Below, piece after piece: positions 12,276-22,501 of a stretch of DNA of 64,000 nt. The stretch is from Pedosphaera sp. (GTDB lineage: Bacteria > Verrucomicrobiota > Verrucomicrobiia > Limisphaerales > SIBH01). Location of the stretch: assembly GCA_031414955.1 (NCBI GenBank), contig JANOQV010000230.1, positions 14,332 to 78,331 of the forward strand, written 5' to 3'. The translations under genes and the position numbers were made by a program. A model generated the notes under the pieces. That model had not been told where the DNA came from. It did no database searches and was given only the letters and a program-made list of their open reading frames with translations. Numbering within the stretch: the first letter of the stretch is position 1; each line of letters begins with the position of its first letter.

Positions 12276-12914
12276 ATGCTGGAACAGTTGACGGACACCG
12301 AACTCGTTCGCCGGGCCAAGGCGGGCGAGTTGGAGGCGTTTGCAGCGATGGTCGCCCGGCATGAGCGCGTCGTCTATTCGCTGGCCCGACGCATCGTACA
12401 GCAGGATCAGGATGCCGAGGACGTGACCCAACAGGCGTTCCTTAGCGCGCTGGAAGGGTTGGGGAGCTTCCGCGAGGCGGCTAGTTTCGCAACCTGGCTG
12501 CAGCGCATCGCGACCTACGCCGCGCTCAAGGTGTTGCGCAAGCGCAAGGGGCTTCCCACCGTTTCCCTCGAGGCCGCCACGGAACCGCAGGAAGGTTACG
12601 ACACGGTGCCGCATCCGGAGTTCATCGCCGACTGGAAGCAATCGCCCTCGGAGTTGGTCGAGCGTGAAGAAACGCGCCGGCTGCTGGATGAAGCGCTGGC
12701 CAAACTCGACGAAAAGCATCGTGTTATCTTCCTGCTCCGCGACGTGGAAGGATTGTCGGTGAAGGAGACCGCCGAGGCGCTTGGCCTGAGCGAGGCGAAT
12801 GTGAAAGTGCGCCTGCTGCGGGCGCGGCTCCAGTTGCGCGAACTATTGACGCGCAAATTCGGCGACCCGGCCCGGCGCCAGGAACCGCACCGCCACGAGG
12901 AGGCGCAACCATGA
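12276..12914 (+). CDS. ECF sigma-70 family RNA polymerase sigma factor
   Basis: Region 2 DAEDVTQQAFL..FATWLQRIA; region 4 FLLRDVEGLSVKETAEALGLSEANVKVRLLRAR. Confidence 0.95.
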   Translation: MLEQLTDTELVRRAKAGELEAFAAMVARHERVVYSLARRIVQQDQDAEDVTQQAFLSALEGLGSFREAASFATWLQRIATYAALKVLRKRKGLPTVSLEAATEPQEGYDTVPHPEFIADWKQSPSELVEREETRRLLDEALAKLDEKHRVIFLLRDVEGLSVKETAEALGLSEANVKVRLLRARLQLRELLTRKFGDPARRQEPHRHEEAQP

Positions 12915-12925
12915 GCGCATCGGGC

Positions 12926-12954
12926 GTAACTTTTTCCGGCCCCGCGGCTCAATC
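12926..12954 (+). promoter_or_regulatory. Putative ECF sigma promoter upstream of the anti-sigma gene
   Basis: GTAACTTTTTCCGGCCCCGCGGCTCAATC; twin of 12197-12225. Confidence 0.6.
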
Positions 12955-12966
12955 GAGGAAGCAGCC

Positions 12967-13212
12967 ATGAAGTGCGAAGAATTACTGGCGATGTTGAATG
13001 ACTACGTGGACGGCGGGGTCGATCCCGGCGTGTGCGATCAATTCGCGCAACATCTTGCGGGCTGCAATCCCTGCCAGGTCGTCGTGGACAACATTCGGCA
13101 GACCATCACGCTCTACAAAGAGGGCCAGGCCTGCACCCTGCCCGTGGCCTTCCGCGCGAAGCTGCACTCCACCTTGCGCGCAAAGTGGCAGGAAAAACAC
13201 CGGCCAGCGTAA
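12967..13212 (+). CDS. Soluble zinc-finger (zf-HC2/ZAS) anti-sigma factor
   Basis: HxxxCxxC motif (HLAGCNPC); MKCEE..LNDYVDG start; 81 aa with no TM; directly after the ECF gene. Confidence 0.9.
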   Translation: MKCEELLAMLNDYVDGGVDPGVCDQFAQHLAGCNPCQVVVDNIRQTITLYKEGQACTLPVAFRAKLHSTLRAKWQEKHRPA

Positions 13213-13237
13213 ACGCTCCGCGCCGTGCTCGTGCTGT

Positions 13238-13699
13238 TCAGTAGATTCCTGGAATCAATCGCCGGACCCGGGCGGCGTAGCCCACGTACTCGGGATACCG
13301 GTCGCGCAGCCAGCGCTCTTCCAAGCGGGACTTCGCATCCAGAATGACCGCGAGGAGGAGGGAAATCCCGACCGCCGCCGCGCTTGACCACAGCATCGAC
13401 CAGCCGAGCGTTCCGAAAATCAGACAACTGTAAAGCGGGTGCCGCACGACCCGATAGGCGCCAGACTGAACCAGTTGTGAGTCCGCGCGCGGTTTCGGAA
13501 ACGGTGTCAGGTTGCGCCCCAAAGCGTGCGCGCCGCCGATCCCGAAGGCGGCCCCGATGGCCACGAACACCCCCGCGCCCAGCCGCCAACCCCAGGGCCA
13601 GGACACACCGTGGTGGAAAGGCGCGACCGCCAGGGCGCAAAACATCGCCAGATTCTGCGCCACCACCCACCGCCCGCCCTTGGCCATAAATTCGCTCAT
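13238..13699 (-). CDS. Isoprenylcysteine carboxylmethyltransferase / PEMT-like membrane protein
   Basis: LVQSGAYRVVRHPLYS, EERWL..YPEY..Y..RV.RLIP motifs; hydrophobic; start MSEF 13699. Confidence 0.88.
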   Translation of the reverse strand: MSEFMAKGGRWVVAQNLAMFCALAVAPFHHGVSWPWGWRLGAGVFVAIGAAFGIGGAHALGRNLTPFPKPRADSQLVQSGAYRVVRHPLYSCLIFGTLGWSMLWSSAAAVGISLLLAVILDAKSRLEERWLRDRYPEYVGYAARVRRLIPGIY

Positions 13700-13807
13700 C
13701 GCGTCCCCATCATGAACGTCGCCCAGGGCAACACCAGAGTTGCGTGAATCGCCCCCGGCCCTAGACTGCCGGCAATTCCAAGATGTGAACTCGTGCCCAG
13801 CAAATGT

Positions 13808-14908
13808 ATGAAGCATTTATCGAATGTCTCCCGCCGTCGTTTTATTGCCACCGCCGCCACCGCCACGGCCGCCTTGGCCATGCCGCGTATCATCACGGCG
13901 CAAAAGTCCGACCCGCAGCTCGTGATCGGCACCGGCGCGCATCGCTATGAGGTGCAGCACCACTGGCCCCAGTTGCCGGACAAATACTCGTGGCAGACAA
14001 CCCACAACGTCGCGGTGGATCGCGAAGGATTGCTCTACGTCATTCATGAGGGGCGCGAGAACTTGAAGGATCATCCGTCCATCTTCGTATTCGATGGCCA
14101 GGGCAAGTTCGTCCGCGCCTTCGGAAATCAGTTTCAAGGCGGCGGCCACGGGCTGGAAGTGCGCACTGAAGGCAAGGAGCAGTTCCTCTATGTGACCGCC
14201 TACCAGCAGGTGAAGAGTTTCGCCAAGCTCACCCTCAAGGGGGAACGCATTTGGGAAAAGCACGCGCCCATGGACTCGGGTATTTATCTGAAGGACGAAG
14301 ACACCGCGCCGAAGAAGCGCTGGGGCCGCGACGCCTTCATGCCCACCAACTATGCCTTCCTGCCCGACGGCGGGTTCTTCCTCGCCGATGGCTACGGCTC
14401 GTTTCGCATCCATCGCTACGACCAGAACGGCAAGTGGCTCTCCATGTTCGGCAAGCCGGGCAAGGGCGACGGCGAGTTCAACACGCCGCACGGCCTCTGG
14501 ATCGATAACCGACCGGGACGCAAAGCCTCAGTGGTCGTGGCGGATCGCGCGAACGCGCGGCTGCAATGGTTCACCTTCGAGGGCCAGCACCTCAAGACGC
14601 TGGGCGGCTTCATTCTGCCGGCCAACCTCGACACGCTCGGCGACGTGCTGCTCGTGCCCGACCTGAGCGCGCGCGTCACCCTGCTCGACAAGGATGACAA
14701 GGTCATCACCCACCTCGGCGAAGACCCGGAATGGCGTGCGGCGGTGACGAAGGACGGCAACAAACTTCGCCGCAACCCGAAAGGCGAAGGCTGGGTCTCG
14801 GGAAAATTTCTGCACCCGCACGACGCCTGCTTCGATGGGGCGGGGAACATCTTTGTCGCGGAGTGGGTGGACACAGGCCGCATCACCCGGCTGCGGAAGC
14901 TGAGTTGA
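13808..14908 (+). CDS. Tat-exported NHL-repeat beta-propeller protein (PAL-like)
   Basis: SRRRFI Tat signal; NHL repeats (ADGYG..RIH, GEFNTPHGL, VADRANARLQ, HPHDACFD..GNIFVAEW). Confidence 0.8.
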   Translation: MKHLSNVSRRRFIATAATATAALAMPRIITAQKSDPQLVIGTGAHRYEVQHHWPQLPDKYSWQTTHNVAVDREGLLYVIHEGRENLKDHPSIFVFDGQGKFVRAFGNQFQGGGHGLEVRTEGKEQFLYVTAYQQVKSFAKLTLKGERIWEKHAPMDSGIYLKDEDTAPKKRWGRDAFMPTNYAFLPDGGFFLADGYGSFRIHRYDQNGKWLSMFGKPGKGDGEFNTPHGLWIDNRPGRKASVVVADRANARLQWFTFEGQHLKTLGGFILPANLDTLGDVLLVPDLSARVTLLDKDDKVITHLGEDPEWRAAVTKDGNKLRRNPKGEGWVSGKFLHPHDACFDGAGNIFVAEWVDTGRITRLRKLS

Positions 14909-15066
14909 CGAAGCGCGAGCTTGCGGCCTGCCGCAACGTGCTACCGAAGGCCGGATCAATTCATGGCCGGAATCCGTGTTGGCGCATGTGTTTGCGAACT
15001 GCCAAGCCCGCGCACCGGCTGAAGAAATCTCGTGCATCGGCCCAGCGCGGGGAACATCCTCGCGCC

Positions 15067-15615
15067 ATGAACGCGCCGCGAAACATTCGGAACATCGCGC
15101 TGTGCGGGTTCATGGGTACCGGCAAATCCTCCGTGGGCCGGCTCGTGGCCGAACAGTTGCACTTCGCCTTCCTCGACACCGACACCGTCATCGAGGCCCG
15201 CGCGGGCCGGAGCATCGCCGAGATTTTTGCCGCAGAGGGTGAGGCGACCTTCCGCGAACTGGAGGCGAAGATCGTCCGGGAGTTGACCGAGCGCGCCCAT
15301 ACCGTCATCTCGACCGGCGGCGGGCTGGTGGTGAATCCCGCCAGCATGGCGAGCTTGAAGCAACATGCGCTGGTGATCTGCCTGTGGGCCTCGCCGGAAG
15401 GAATTTACGCGCGCGTGAAAAACCAGAATCAACGGCCCCTGCTCCAGGATGCGCAGCCGCTGGAAACAATCCGCCGACTGCTCGCCGAACGCACCCCGGC
15501 CTACAAGCAGGCGGACGTGTTGCTCAACACAGAAATCCGTTCGCCGCACGAAGTCGCGCACCAGGTAATCCACCAGTTCCGCATGGCGCGCACCGCGCCG
15601 CCTGTTCAGCCTTGA
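15067..15615 (+). CDS. aroK: Shikimate kinase
   Basis: NIALCGFMGTGKSSVG P-loop, DTD..IE, GEATFRELE, VISTGGG, RPLL. Confidence 0.95.
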   Translation: MNAPRNIRNIALCGFMGTGKSSVGRLVAEQLHFAFLDTDTVIEARAGRSIAEIFAAEGEATFRELEAKIVRELTERAHTVISTGGGLVVNPASMASLKQHALVICLWASPEGIYARVKNQNQRPLLQDAQPLETIRRLLAERTPAYKQADVLLNTEIRSPHEVAHQVIHQFRMARTAPPVQP

Positions 15616-16670
15616 AGGAACAAATCCGCCAACGCGCCCGCACACTCGGGTTCGACGATTGCCGCATCACCACGGCCAACCCTCCGGCGCACGCCGCAGG
15701 ATTTCAGCGGTGGCTTGCAGATCAGCATCACGGCGAGATGGCGTGGCTGGAACGCAACGCGGCCAAACGAGTGGACCCGGAGCGTGTCCTGGCCGGGGCC
15801 AGGTCGGTGGTCACGCTGGCGGTTTCTTATGTCCAAGGTCCAACTCCGATAAATCGCGAGCGGGTGTCCAAGGTCCAAGGCCACGAGGCAGCCGGCGTCA
15901 TCGCGCGCTACGCTCAGTTCTCTGATTATCACGACGTCCTCGATGAACGGCTCAAGGAACTCACCCAATTCATCAACACACTGGGCGGCGTGGACGTTCG
16001 TTCTCTTTGGTACGTGGACACGGGGCCATTGTTGGAGCGTGATCTCGCCCAACGGGCCGGTCTTGGCTTCGTGGGCAAGCACACCAACCTCATCAGCCGC
16101 ACGCTGGGCAACTGGATTTTCCTCGCCGAGATCATCACCACCCTGGAACTGGAGCCGGATGGGCCGGAGAAAAATCATTGCGGCAAGTGCGTGCGCTGTT
16201 TGGACGCCTGCCCCACGCAGGCCATCACCAGGCCGTTCCACCTCGATGCGCGGCGGTGCATCTCGTATCTCACGATCGAACTGAAGGGCGCGATCCCTGT
16301 CGAATTGCGTCCCCTCATCGGGGACCGGATTTACGGCTGCGATGACTGCCTGGCGGCGTGCCCCTGGAACAGATTCGCGCGCGCGGGGGCGATGATGAGG
16401 CCACACACACGTGAAGATTTTTCCAAGCCGGATTTGGTCGAGTTGCTCGCGCTCAATGCGGCCGGCTTCAAGGCGAAGTTTGCCGGCACTCCGATGTTGC
16501 GGACCAAACGGCGCGGTCTTCTACGCAACGTGTGCGTGGCGCTGGGCAACGTCGGCCAGGAAAGCGCCTTGCCGGCCCTGGCCAAAGCAGCGCAAGACAC
16601 GGAACCGTTGGTTCAGGAACACGCCACCTGGGCCATGGCACAGATCCGGGAACGCGCGCACCTCAAGTGA
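15612..16670 (+). CDS. queG: tRNA epoxyqueuosine(34) reductase
   Basis: ARYA...DYH, YVDTGPLLER..A.RAGLGFVGK, CGKCVRCLDACPT, LDARRCISYLTIE, GCDDCLAACPWN, C-terminal HEAT-like repeat; TTG start overlapping aroK stop. Confidence 0.95.
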   Translation: MKEQIRQRARTLGFDDCRITTANPPAHAAGFQRWLADQHHGEMAWLERNAAKRVDPERVLAGARSVVTLAVSYVQGPTPINRERVSKVQGHEAAGVIARYAQFSDYHDVLDERLKELTQFINTLGGVDVRSLWYVDTGPLLERDLAQRAGLGFVGKHTNLISRTLGNWIFLAEIITTLELEPDGPEKNHCGKCVRCLDACPTQAITRPFHLDARRCISYLTIELKGAIPVELRPLIGDRIYGCDDCLAACPWNRFARAGAMMRPHTREDFSKPDLVELLALNAAGFKAKFAGTPMLRTKRRGLLRNVCVALGNVGQESALPALAKAAQDTEPLVQEHATWAMAQIRERAHLK

Positions 16671-16688
16671 CGAAGCGGAACACGCCGT

Positions 16689-17036
<348 letters not shown>

Positions 17037-18443
17037 TTAGTCGTTATAGGCTTTCTCATCGTGCTCGGAAAGATCCAGGCCCAAGTCCTCCTGATCCGGA
17101 TCTACGCGCAAGCCTATGGTCGCCTGGATGAGCTTGAGGATGAGAAAGGTCGCGAGGCCCGAGAGCGCGGCGGTGAAGAGAATGGCCTTGAGCTGGTTGA
17201 GCAGTTGCGCGGTGCCGCCCGCGAGCGAGACGACCTGGCCGTTCAACTGGAAGGTGGTGGCGATGGCCGGATTCACCGCCGCCGTGGCCAGCAGGCCGCA
17301 CATCAGCATGCCCACCGTGCTGCCCACACCATGCACTCCGAAGACGTCGAGCGAATCGTCGTAACGGAGTTTGGATTTTAGTTTTGCCACCGCGAGATAG
17401 CACACGATGCCACCGAGAAGCCCAATGCACAGCGCGCCTGGAATGGAGACAAAACCCGAGGCGGGCGTAATAGTGGCCAACCCCGCGACCATGCCTGAGG
17501 CCACCCCGAGCACGCTCGGCTTGCCGCGCAGCATCCACTCCGTGACACCCCAGCTCAACGCGCCACCCACGGCGGAGAAGTGCGTGGCCGCAAACGCACT
17601 CGTGGCCAGCGTGCCCGCCGCCACCGCGCTCCCGGCATTAAAGCCAAACCAACCGACCCACAGGAGGCCCGTGCCAATGAGGGTGTAAACGACGTTGTGC
17701 GGGAAGACCGGCTCGCGCGGAAAGCCCATCCGCTTGCCCACCACCACGGCGCAGACCACGGCCGCCACGCCGGAGCTGATGTGTACGACCACGCCACCGG
17801 CAAAATCCAGCACGGGGATTTTGCCGCCGAGCGCCCAGTTGAAGTAGCCACCCTTGCCCCAAACCATGTGGGCGAGCGGGAAGTAAACGATCGTCACCCA
17901 TAGGAACGTGAAGAGCACGAAGGCGCTGAACTTCATGCGCTCAGCGAACGCGCCGGTGATCAGGGCGGGCGTGATGATGGCAAACATCATCTGGAAAAGC
18001 ATGAACGTCTGATGGGGAATGGTCGCAGCATAGTCGGGATTCGGAGCCAGCCCGACACCCTTGAGCAGGAAGTATTGCATCGGGTTGCCGAAGAAGGCGT
18101 TCCCCTCGCCGAAGGCCATGCTGTAGCCATAGACCATCCAGAGCAGGGAGATGAACGCCATGAGGAATAGGGTCTGCATCATCGTGGCCAGCACGTTCTT
18201 CTTCCGCACCAGGCCCCCGTAAAAGAGGATCAGACCCGGCGCGCTCATCATCAGCACCAGCGCGGCGCTGACCAGCATCCAGGCATTGTCGCCGGTATTC
18301 ACACCGCTGGCGGCGGATTCGAGACGGGCCACGCGCTCCTCGACCGAGACGGGTTTAATTTCCGCCGCGGAACCAGGGAATACGGACAGCAACGGGATGA
18401 GCCAAACTACGGCCAACAAAACCAAGCGATGAAAGGAAGTCAT
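17037..18443 (-). CDS. amtB: Ammonium transporter
   Basis: FYGGLVRKKN, FQMMFAIITPALI.GA.AER, DFAGG.VVH, LLWVGWFGFNAGS, DDSLDVFGVHG. Confidence 0.96.
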   Translation of the reverse strand: MTSFHRLVLLAVVWLIPLLSVFPGSAAEIKPVSVEERVARLESAASGVNTGDNAWMLVSAALVLMMSAPGLILFYGGLVRKKNVLATMMQTLFLMAFISLLWMVYGYSMAFGEGNAFFGNPMQYFLLKGVGLAPNPDYAATIPHQTFMLFQMMFAIITPALITGAFAERMKFSAFVLFTFLWVTIVYFPLAHMVWGKGGYFNWALGGKIPVLDFAGGVVVHISSGVAAVVCAVVVGKRMGFPREPVFPHNVVYTLIGTGLLWVGWFGFNAGSAVAAGTLATSAFAATHFSAVGGALSWGVTEWMLRGKPSVLGVASGMVAGLATITPASGFVSIPGALCIGLLGGIVCYLAVAKLKSKLRYDDSLDVFGVHGVGSTVGMLMCGLLATAAVNPAIATTFQLNGQVVSLAGGTAQLLNQLKAILFTAALSGLATFLILKLIQATIGLRVDPDQEDLGLDLSEHDEKAYND

Positions 18444-18524
18444 GCGTGCGGCTTTTAGACCAGAGGGCGGCCGCGGTGTCAATCGCGCGGCTGCCCCGGC
18501 CCGCGGGTCGAATGGGCGTCCTGG

Positions 18525-19550
18525 TCAGACCGAGACCACCGCTTTGATCACGCCTGTCTCGGGCCAGGTCCAGCTTGGGAAAACATCGATCATCTCGTCG
18601 AAGACTGCGTGATGCGTGATCCATGGTTTGGTGTCGATCTGCCCGTCCTCGATGAGCTTGATGATGCGGGTGAAGTCGGCGGGCAGCGCGTTACGACTGG
18701 CGCGGATGTCCAACTCGCGACGGTGCAACGCGGGCGCTTGCAGAAAACTGATCTCGCCCTGGGTGATTCCAACATAGACGAGCCGGCCTCGGAAGGCGCA
18801 ATAGTTCAGCGCTTGAGCCATCGACTTGTTGTGGCCTGTGGCGTCCACGACCACATCGACGAGCTGGCCGTTGGTCAGTTCCGCCAGCCTCTTCAGCTCC
18901 TCGCCGTCGCCCTTGGTGAGAATCGTGTCCGGCACACCCAGCTTCTCGCGCACGAAGGCGAGACGCTGTTCGTTCATGTCCATGACAATGGTCTTCGCGC
19001 CGGAGAGACGCGCGAACTCGATGACCGACAAACCAATCGGCCCGGCACCGATGACCAGCACATGCTCGCTGGCCTTGGGCTCGCCGCGATTCACCGCGTG
19101 GCAGCCAATGGCGAGAGTCTCCACCAGGGCCAACTGCTCATACGACAGTTTGCCGGACACATGGAGTTTGCGCGCCGGGAGCACGATGCGTTCACACATC
19201 CCGCCGTCGCACATCACCCCGAGTGTCTGGTTCGTCTCGCAGCAATTGGTGTGGCCACGCCGGCACGAATAGCAGTGGCCGCAGTTGAGGTACGGCTCGA
19301 CGGAGCAGCGATCACCCGGCTTCACATTCGTGACCCCCGCGCCGACGGCGATCACTTCCACGCCAAGTTCATGGCCGGGAATGCGCGGATAGCTGAAGAA
19401 CGGCATCTTGCCCAGGTAGCCGGAGATGTCCGTGCCGCAGATGCCGATGCGATGCACCCGCAACAGCGCTTCGCCCGCAGCGGGTGGCGCAGCCTCGGTG
19501 ATTTCAAGGCGACGGAACTGTTTGGGTTGCTCAAGTCGGATGGCTTTCAT
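18525..19550 (-). CDS. Zinc-dependent MDR dehydrogenase (L-galactonate 5-dehydrogenase/LgoD-like)
   Basis: GICGTD, YPRIPGHE, CGHCYSCRRGHTNCC zinc site, GAGPIG, SRNA motif. Confidence 0.85.
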   Translation of the reverse strand: MKAIRLEQPKQFRRLEITEAAPPAAGEALLRVHRIGICGTDISGYLGKMPFFSYPRIPGHELGVEVIAVGAGVTNVKPGDRCSVEPYLNCGHCYSCRRGHTNCCETNQTLGVMCDGGMCERIVLPARKLHVSGKLSYEQLALVETLAIGCHAVNRGEPKASEHVLVIGAGPIGLSVIEFARLSGAKTIVMDMNEQRLAFVREKLGVPDTILTKGDGEELKRLAELTNGQLVDVVVDATGHNKSMAQALNYCAFRGRLVYVGITQGEISFLQAPALHRRELDIRASRNALPADFTRIIKLIEDGQIDTKPWITHHAVFDEMIDVFPSWTWPETGVIKAVVSV

Positions 19551-19571
19551 GAATTAGACTCGTTTCACCGA

Positions 19572-21131
19572 TTACAGTTCAGGCTGGAGTTCCAGGCTCC
19601 ATAGTTTTTCGCCATCACGATTCAGGTGTGTAACGGTGGCCACCTTGCTCTTCCCATCGATGCGCACGGTACTGAAATATTGCTCTTTGGAGTAGGGACC
19701 ACTGGACCTGCTGCCTTTCGCGCGTGAAGCCCAACGAAGTTCCGGCCCGAAGGTGTTGTCCAGTCCGCCGGGCGCAAGGCTGATGGCGTGCAACGGGCCG
19801 CTGACAAACTCCCAGAAGCCGCGGAAGTCTTGGAACTGGGCCTGCGCCGGATCGTAGAAGAGCGACGCCGCGTAATGCACGTCTGCGGTCAGCCAAAATA
19901 TGTTGCGAATCCCCTGCTCCTTGACGAAGCGAAGCAGACTGGCGATTTCCAATTCGCGCCCGAGCGCCGGGCCATTGCCATTCGCGCAGTTCTCGTAGGT
20001 GCTGGCACCCTCGGCATCCTTCCCGTCACCGACGATGATGCCGATGGGCATGTCGCTGCAAATGACCTTCCACACGGCCTGGCTGCGCTTCAGCGCGCCC
20101 TGGAGCCAGTCCATCTGCGCGCGGCCCATGTAATCCGTGTCGCGGCCCGCCGTCGCCTGGCGGTTGGCCGTGTTCGGTCCGCGATAGGTGCGTTGGTCGA
20201 GAAAGAACAATTCGCAGAGCGGCCCACGCGGAATGTTCCGGAAAATCTTCGCCTCGGAACCACCCCGGACCGGCAAATAATCGAGGAACGCCTGCCGCGC
20301 CCGCGCCGCCAGCACGTTCACGTTTTTCTCCGTGTATCTCGAGTCGGCCAGAATCTTGCCGGGATACCAGTTGTTCAGCACTTCGTGATCGTCCCACTGC
20401 GAAAAGATGGGCACCTCGCCATTACAGCGACGGACATTGGCATCGAGCAGGTTGTAGCGGTAGTTGCCGCGGAATTCAGCGAGCGTCTCGGCGACTTTCG
20501 ATTTCTCGGGCGTGGTGAGGTTCCTCCAAATGTTCCCGTCCGGCAGCTTCATCTCCGGCTCGATGGGACCATCCGCGTAGATGTTGTCGCCGCTGTGGAT
20601 GAAAAAATCGGGCCGGGCCAGGCGCATCGACTCGTAGGTCTTCAGTCCGCCAAACTCCTCGTTGATGCCGTAGCCCTGCCCGCAGGTGTCGCCCGAGAAG
20701 GCAAAGAACACATCGCGCTCGTCTCGCGACGCCGTGAGAAACTGACCCGGCACCGGCTCGCTCGCGCCCTGCTCATCCTCGAACCGAACGCGATAAAAGA
20801 TTCTCTGCCCCGGCGGCAGTCCGGAGAGATCAAGCTTGGACGTGAAATCCCGCTCCGCTCCGGTCCAGGGAGCACGGACCAGCCGTGCGTTCCGCATCGA
20901 CTCGGTCGTGGCCCACTCGACCAGCATCCTCGAGCGGCGATTGGACCGGCTCCAGATGACGGCGGAATCAAAACTGACGTCGCCGCTCTGCACGCCGTGA
21001 GTAACGATGGGGCGGTTCTCGATGATGGCGGGCGCGGAGAACGCACTCTGAATCCAAGGCGCGGAACATGCGACCACAGCGCCCGTCTTGACGATTCCAG
21101 TGGTAAACTGGCGGCGATTGATCGGAGGCAT
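19572..21131 (-). CDS. phoD: Alkaline phosphatase D family protein (Tat-exported)
   Basis: NRRQF Tat signal; HGVQSGD, PDFFIHSGDNIYADGP, QWDDHEV.NNW, WLTADVHY. Confidence 0.92.
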   Translation of the reverse strand: MPPINRRQFTTGIVKTGAVVACSAPWIQSAFSAPAIIENRPIVTHGVQSGDVSFDSAVIWSRSNRRSRMLVEWATTESMRNARLVRAPWTGAERDFTSKLDLSGLPPGQRIFYRVRFEDEQGASEPVPGQFLTASRDERDVFFAFSGDTCGQGYGINEEFGGLKTYESMRLARPDFFIHSGDNIYADGPIEPEMKLPDGNIWRNLTTPEKSKVAETLAEFRGNYRYNLLDANVRRCNGEVPIFSQWDDHEVLNNWYPGKILADSRYTEKNVNVLAARARQAFLDYLPVRGGSEAKIFRNIPRGPLCELFFLDQRTYRGPNTANRQATAGRDTDYMGRAQMDWLQGALKRSQAVWKVICSDMPIGIIVGDGKDAEGASTYENCANGNGPALGRELEIASLLRFVKEQGIRNIFWLTADVHYAASLFYDPAQAQFQDFRGFWEFVSGPLHAISLAPGGLDNTFGPELRWASRAKGSRSSGPYSKEQYFSTVRIDGKSKVATVTHLNRDGEKLWSLELQPEL

Positions 21132-21132
21132 A

Positions 21133-22065
21133 TCAGTTGTTCTTCGCCAATCCCTCGGTGTGCCCGAGGTTCTTCACGGGACGAAAAATCTCCCGCACCT
21201 CGTCCAAGAGCTGCTCATCCATTGGCTCGGCCATCCACTTCGCCCACTTGCGGATGTTCTCGGGGTTGGCGCTGCCGGCGACGGTCGTGGCGATGTCCGG
21301 ATTCGCGCAGGAAAACTGGAGGGCCAGCTTGGCGATGTCGTTGCCACGCTGGGCGCACAACTCAGCGGCGCGGCGCGCGGCCGCTTTTACTTCCGCCGGT
21401 TCCTTGAGCCACGCGGGCAGCGGCGCATTGGTGAGCAGGCGCGCGCTGAAGGGACCGGCGTTCATCGCGCCCACCCCGCGTTCCTTGAGCAGCGGCACCA
21501 TCTCGTCGGCAAAGCGCGTGTTCTGGAGCGTGTTCTGATTGTAGCTCAAGGCCACGTCCACGTCGGTCTGGTCGAGAATGAACCGGAAAATTTTCATCGG
21601 ATAGCCGCTGACGCCGACGAAACGGACCTTGCCCTGTTGCTGAATCTTCCGCAGCGCGGGAATGGTTTCATCGACGATCTGCTGCATCTCCACGAACTCG
21701 ATGTCGTGGCAGAGCACGATGTCGAGATGGTCGGTGCCGAGGCGATGCAGGCTCACGTCCACGCTCTCGGCCACCCGCTTGGCGGAGAAGTCGAAGTGCT
21801 GCAAATCGTAGCGGCCCAGTTTGGTGCAGAGCGTGTAGCTCGCGCGCGGCACCCCCTTAAGCGCCACGCCGAGCAGCACCTCGCTCATGCCCCGACCATA
21901 GAACGGCGAGGTGTCGATGAAGTTCAAACCGCTGTCGAGCGCCACGCGCACGGACTTGAGCACCTCCTCGAGCGTCACCTGGCGGAACTCCGCGCCCAGC
22001 GAGGACGCGCCAAAGCTGAGAATGGGGACTTGGAGGCCAGTTTTACCAAGAGAGCGGGTTTGCAT
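21133..22065 (-). CDS. Aldo/keto reductase (L-galactose/L-fucose dehydrogenase-like)
   Basis: LGKTGLQV..LSFGASSLG, NFIDTSPFYGRG.SE, TKLGRY, CHDIEF, GKVRFVGVSGYP. Confidence 0.87.
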   Translation of the reverse strand: MQTRSLGKTGLQVPILSFGASSLGAEFRQVTLEEVLKSVRVALDSGLNFIDTSPFYGRGMSEVLLGVALKGVPRASYTLCTKLGRYDLQHFDFSAKRVAESVDVSLHRLGTDHLDIVLCHDIEFVEMQQIVDETIPALRKIQQQGKVRFVGVSGYPMKIFRFILDQTDVDVALSYNQNTLQNTRFADEMVPLLKERGVGAMNAGPFSARLLTNAPLPAWLKEPAEVKAAARRAAELCAQRGNDIAKLALQFSCANPDIATTVAGSANPENIRKWAKWMAEPMDEQLLDEVREIFRPVKNLGHTEGLAKNN

Positions 22066-22096
22066 TTCGAGTAATCAGTACGCAGTGGGTCAGTAA

Positions 22097-22495
22097 TCAA
22101 AGGGCCGATTTCTTGGCCACCCGCCGGGCGAAGTTTTCCACGCTGATGATGGCTCGCTTATGCAGGCCGCGGGCGATGACTTCGTGTTCATCACGCACTT
22201 CGAATTGAAAGTCCCACAGCTTTCCGTCGCCACCAATGACGCGGGTGATGATGATGACGTTCTTGCCCAACGGCGTCGGGGCCAGGTGTTTGATCTCGAT
22301 CTCGGCCCCGACCGTGCGCTCGTGGTCGTCGAGGAATGGGCCGAGGGATTCGCGTGCGGTTCGCTCGATGAGCGCGACGAGGCGCGGCGTGCTCAACACC
22401 GCCGGCATCCCGCCGGTGGCAAAGTCGATGACGTGTTCCTGGGCGACGGCAAACTTCAGTTCGCCGGTGGTGCCGATTTTAGGGCGCGATTTCAT
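22097..22495 (-). CDS. FlK-like hot-dog thioesterase
   Basis: VLSTPRLVALIE, TVGAEIEIKHLAPTPLG, GLHKRAII. Confidence 0.85.
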   Translation of the reverse strand: MKSRPKIGTTGELKFAVAQEHVIDFATGGMPAVLSTPRLVALIERTARESLGPFLDDHERTVGAEIEIKHLAPTPLGKNVIIITRVIGGDGKLWDFQFEVRDEHEVIARGLHKRAIISVENFARRVAKKSAL

Positions 22496-22501
22496 CAACG
22501 G

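Noticed and set aside
15612..16670. Linking queG to the RaSEA-like enzyme as one 7-deazaguanine pathway
   Set aside because: 40 kb apart; queG is ordinary housekeeping, and no tgt, dpdA or queCDE genes are in the window.
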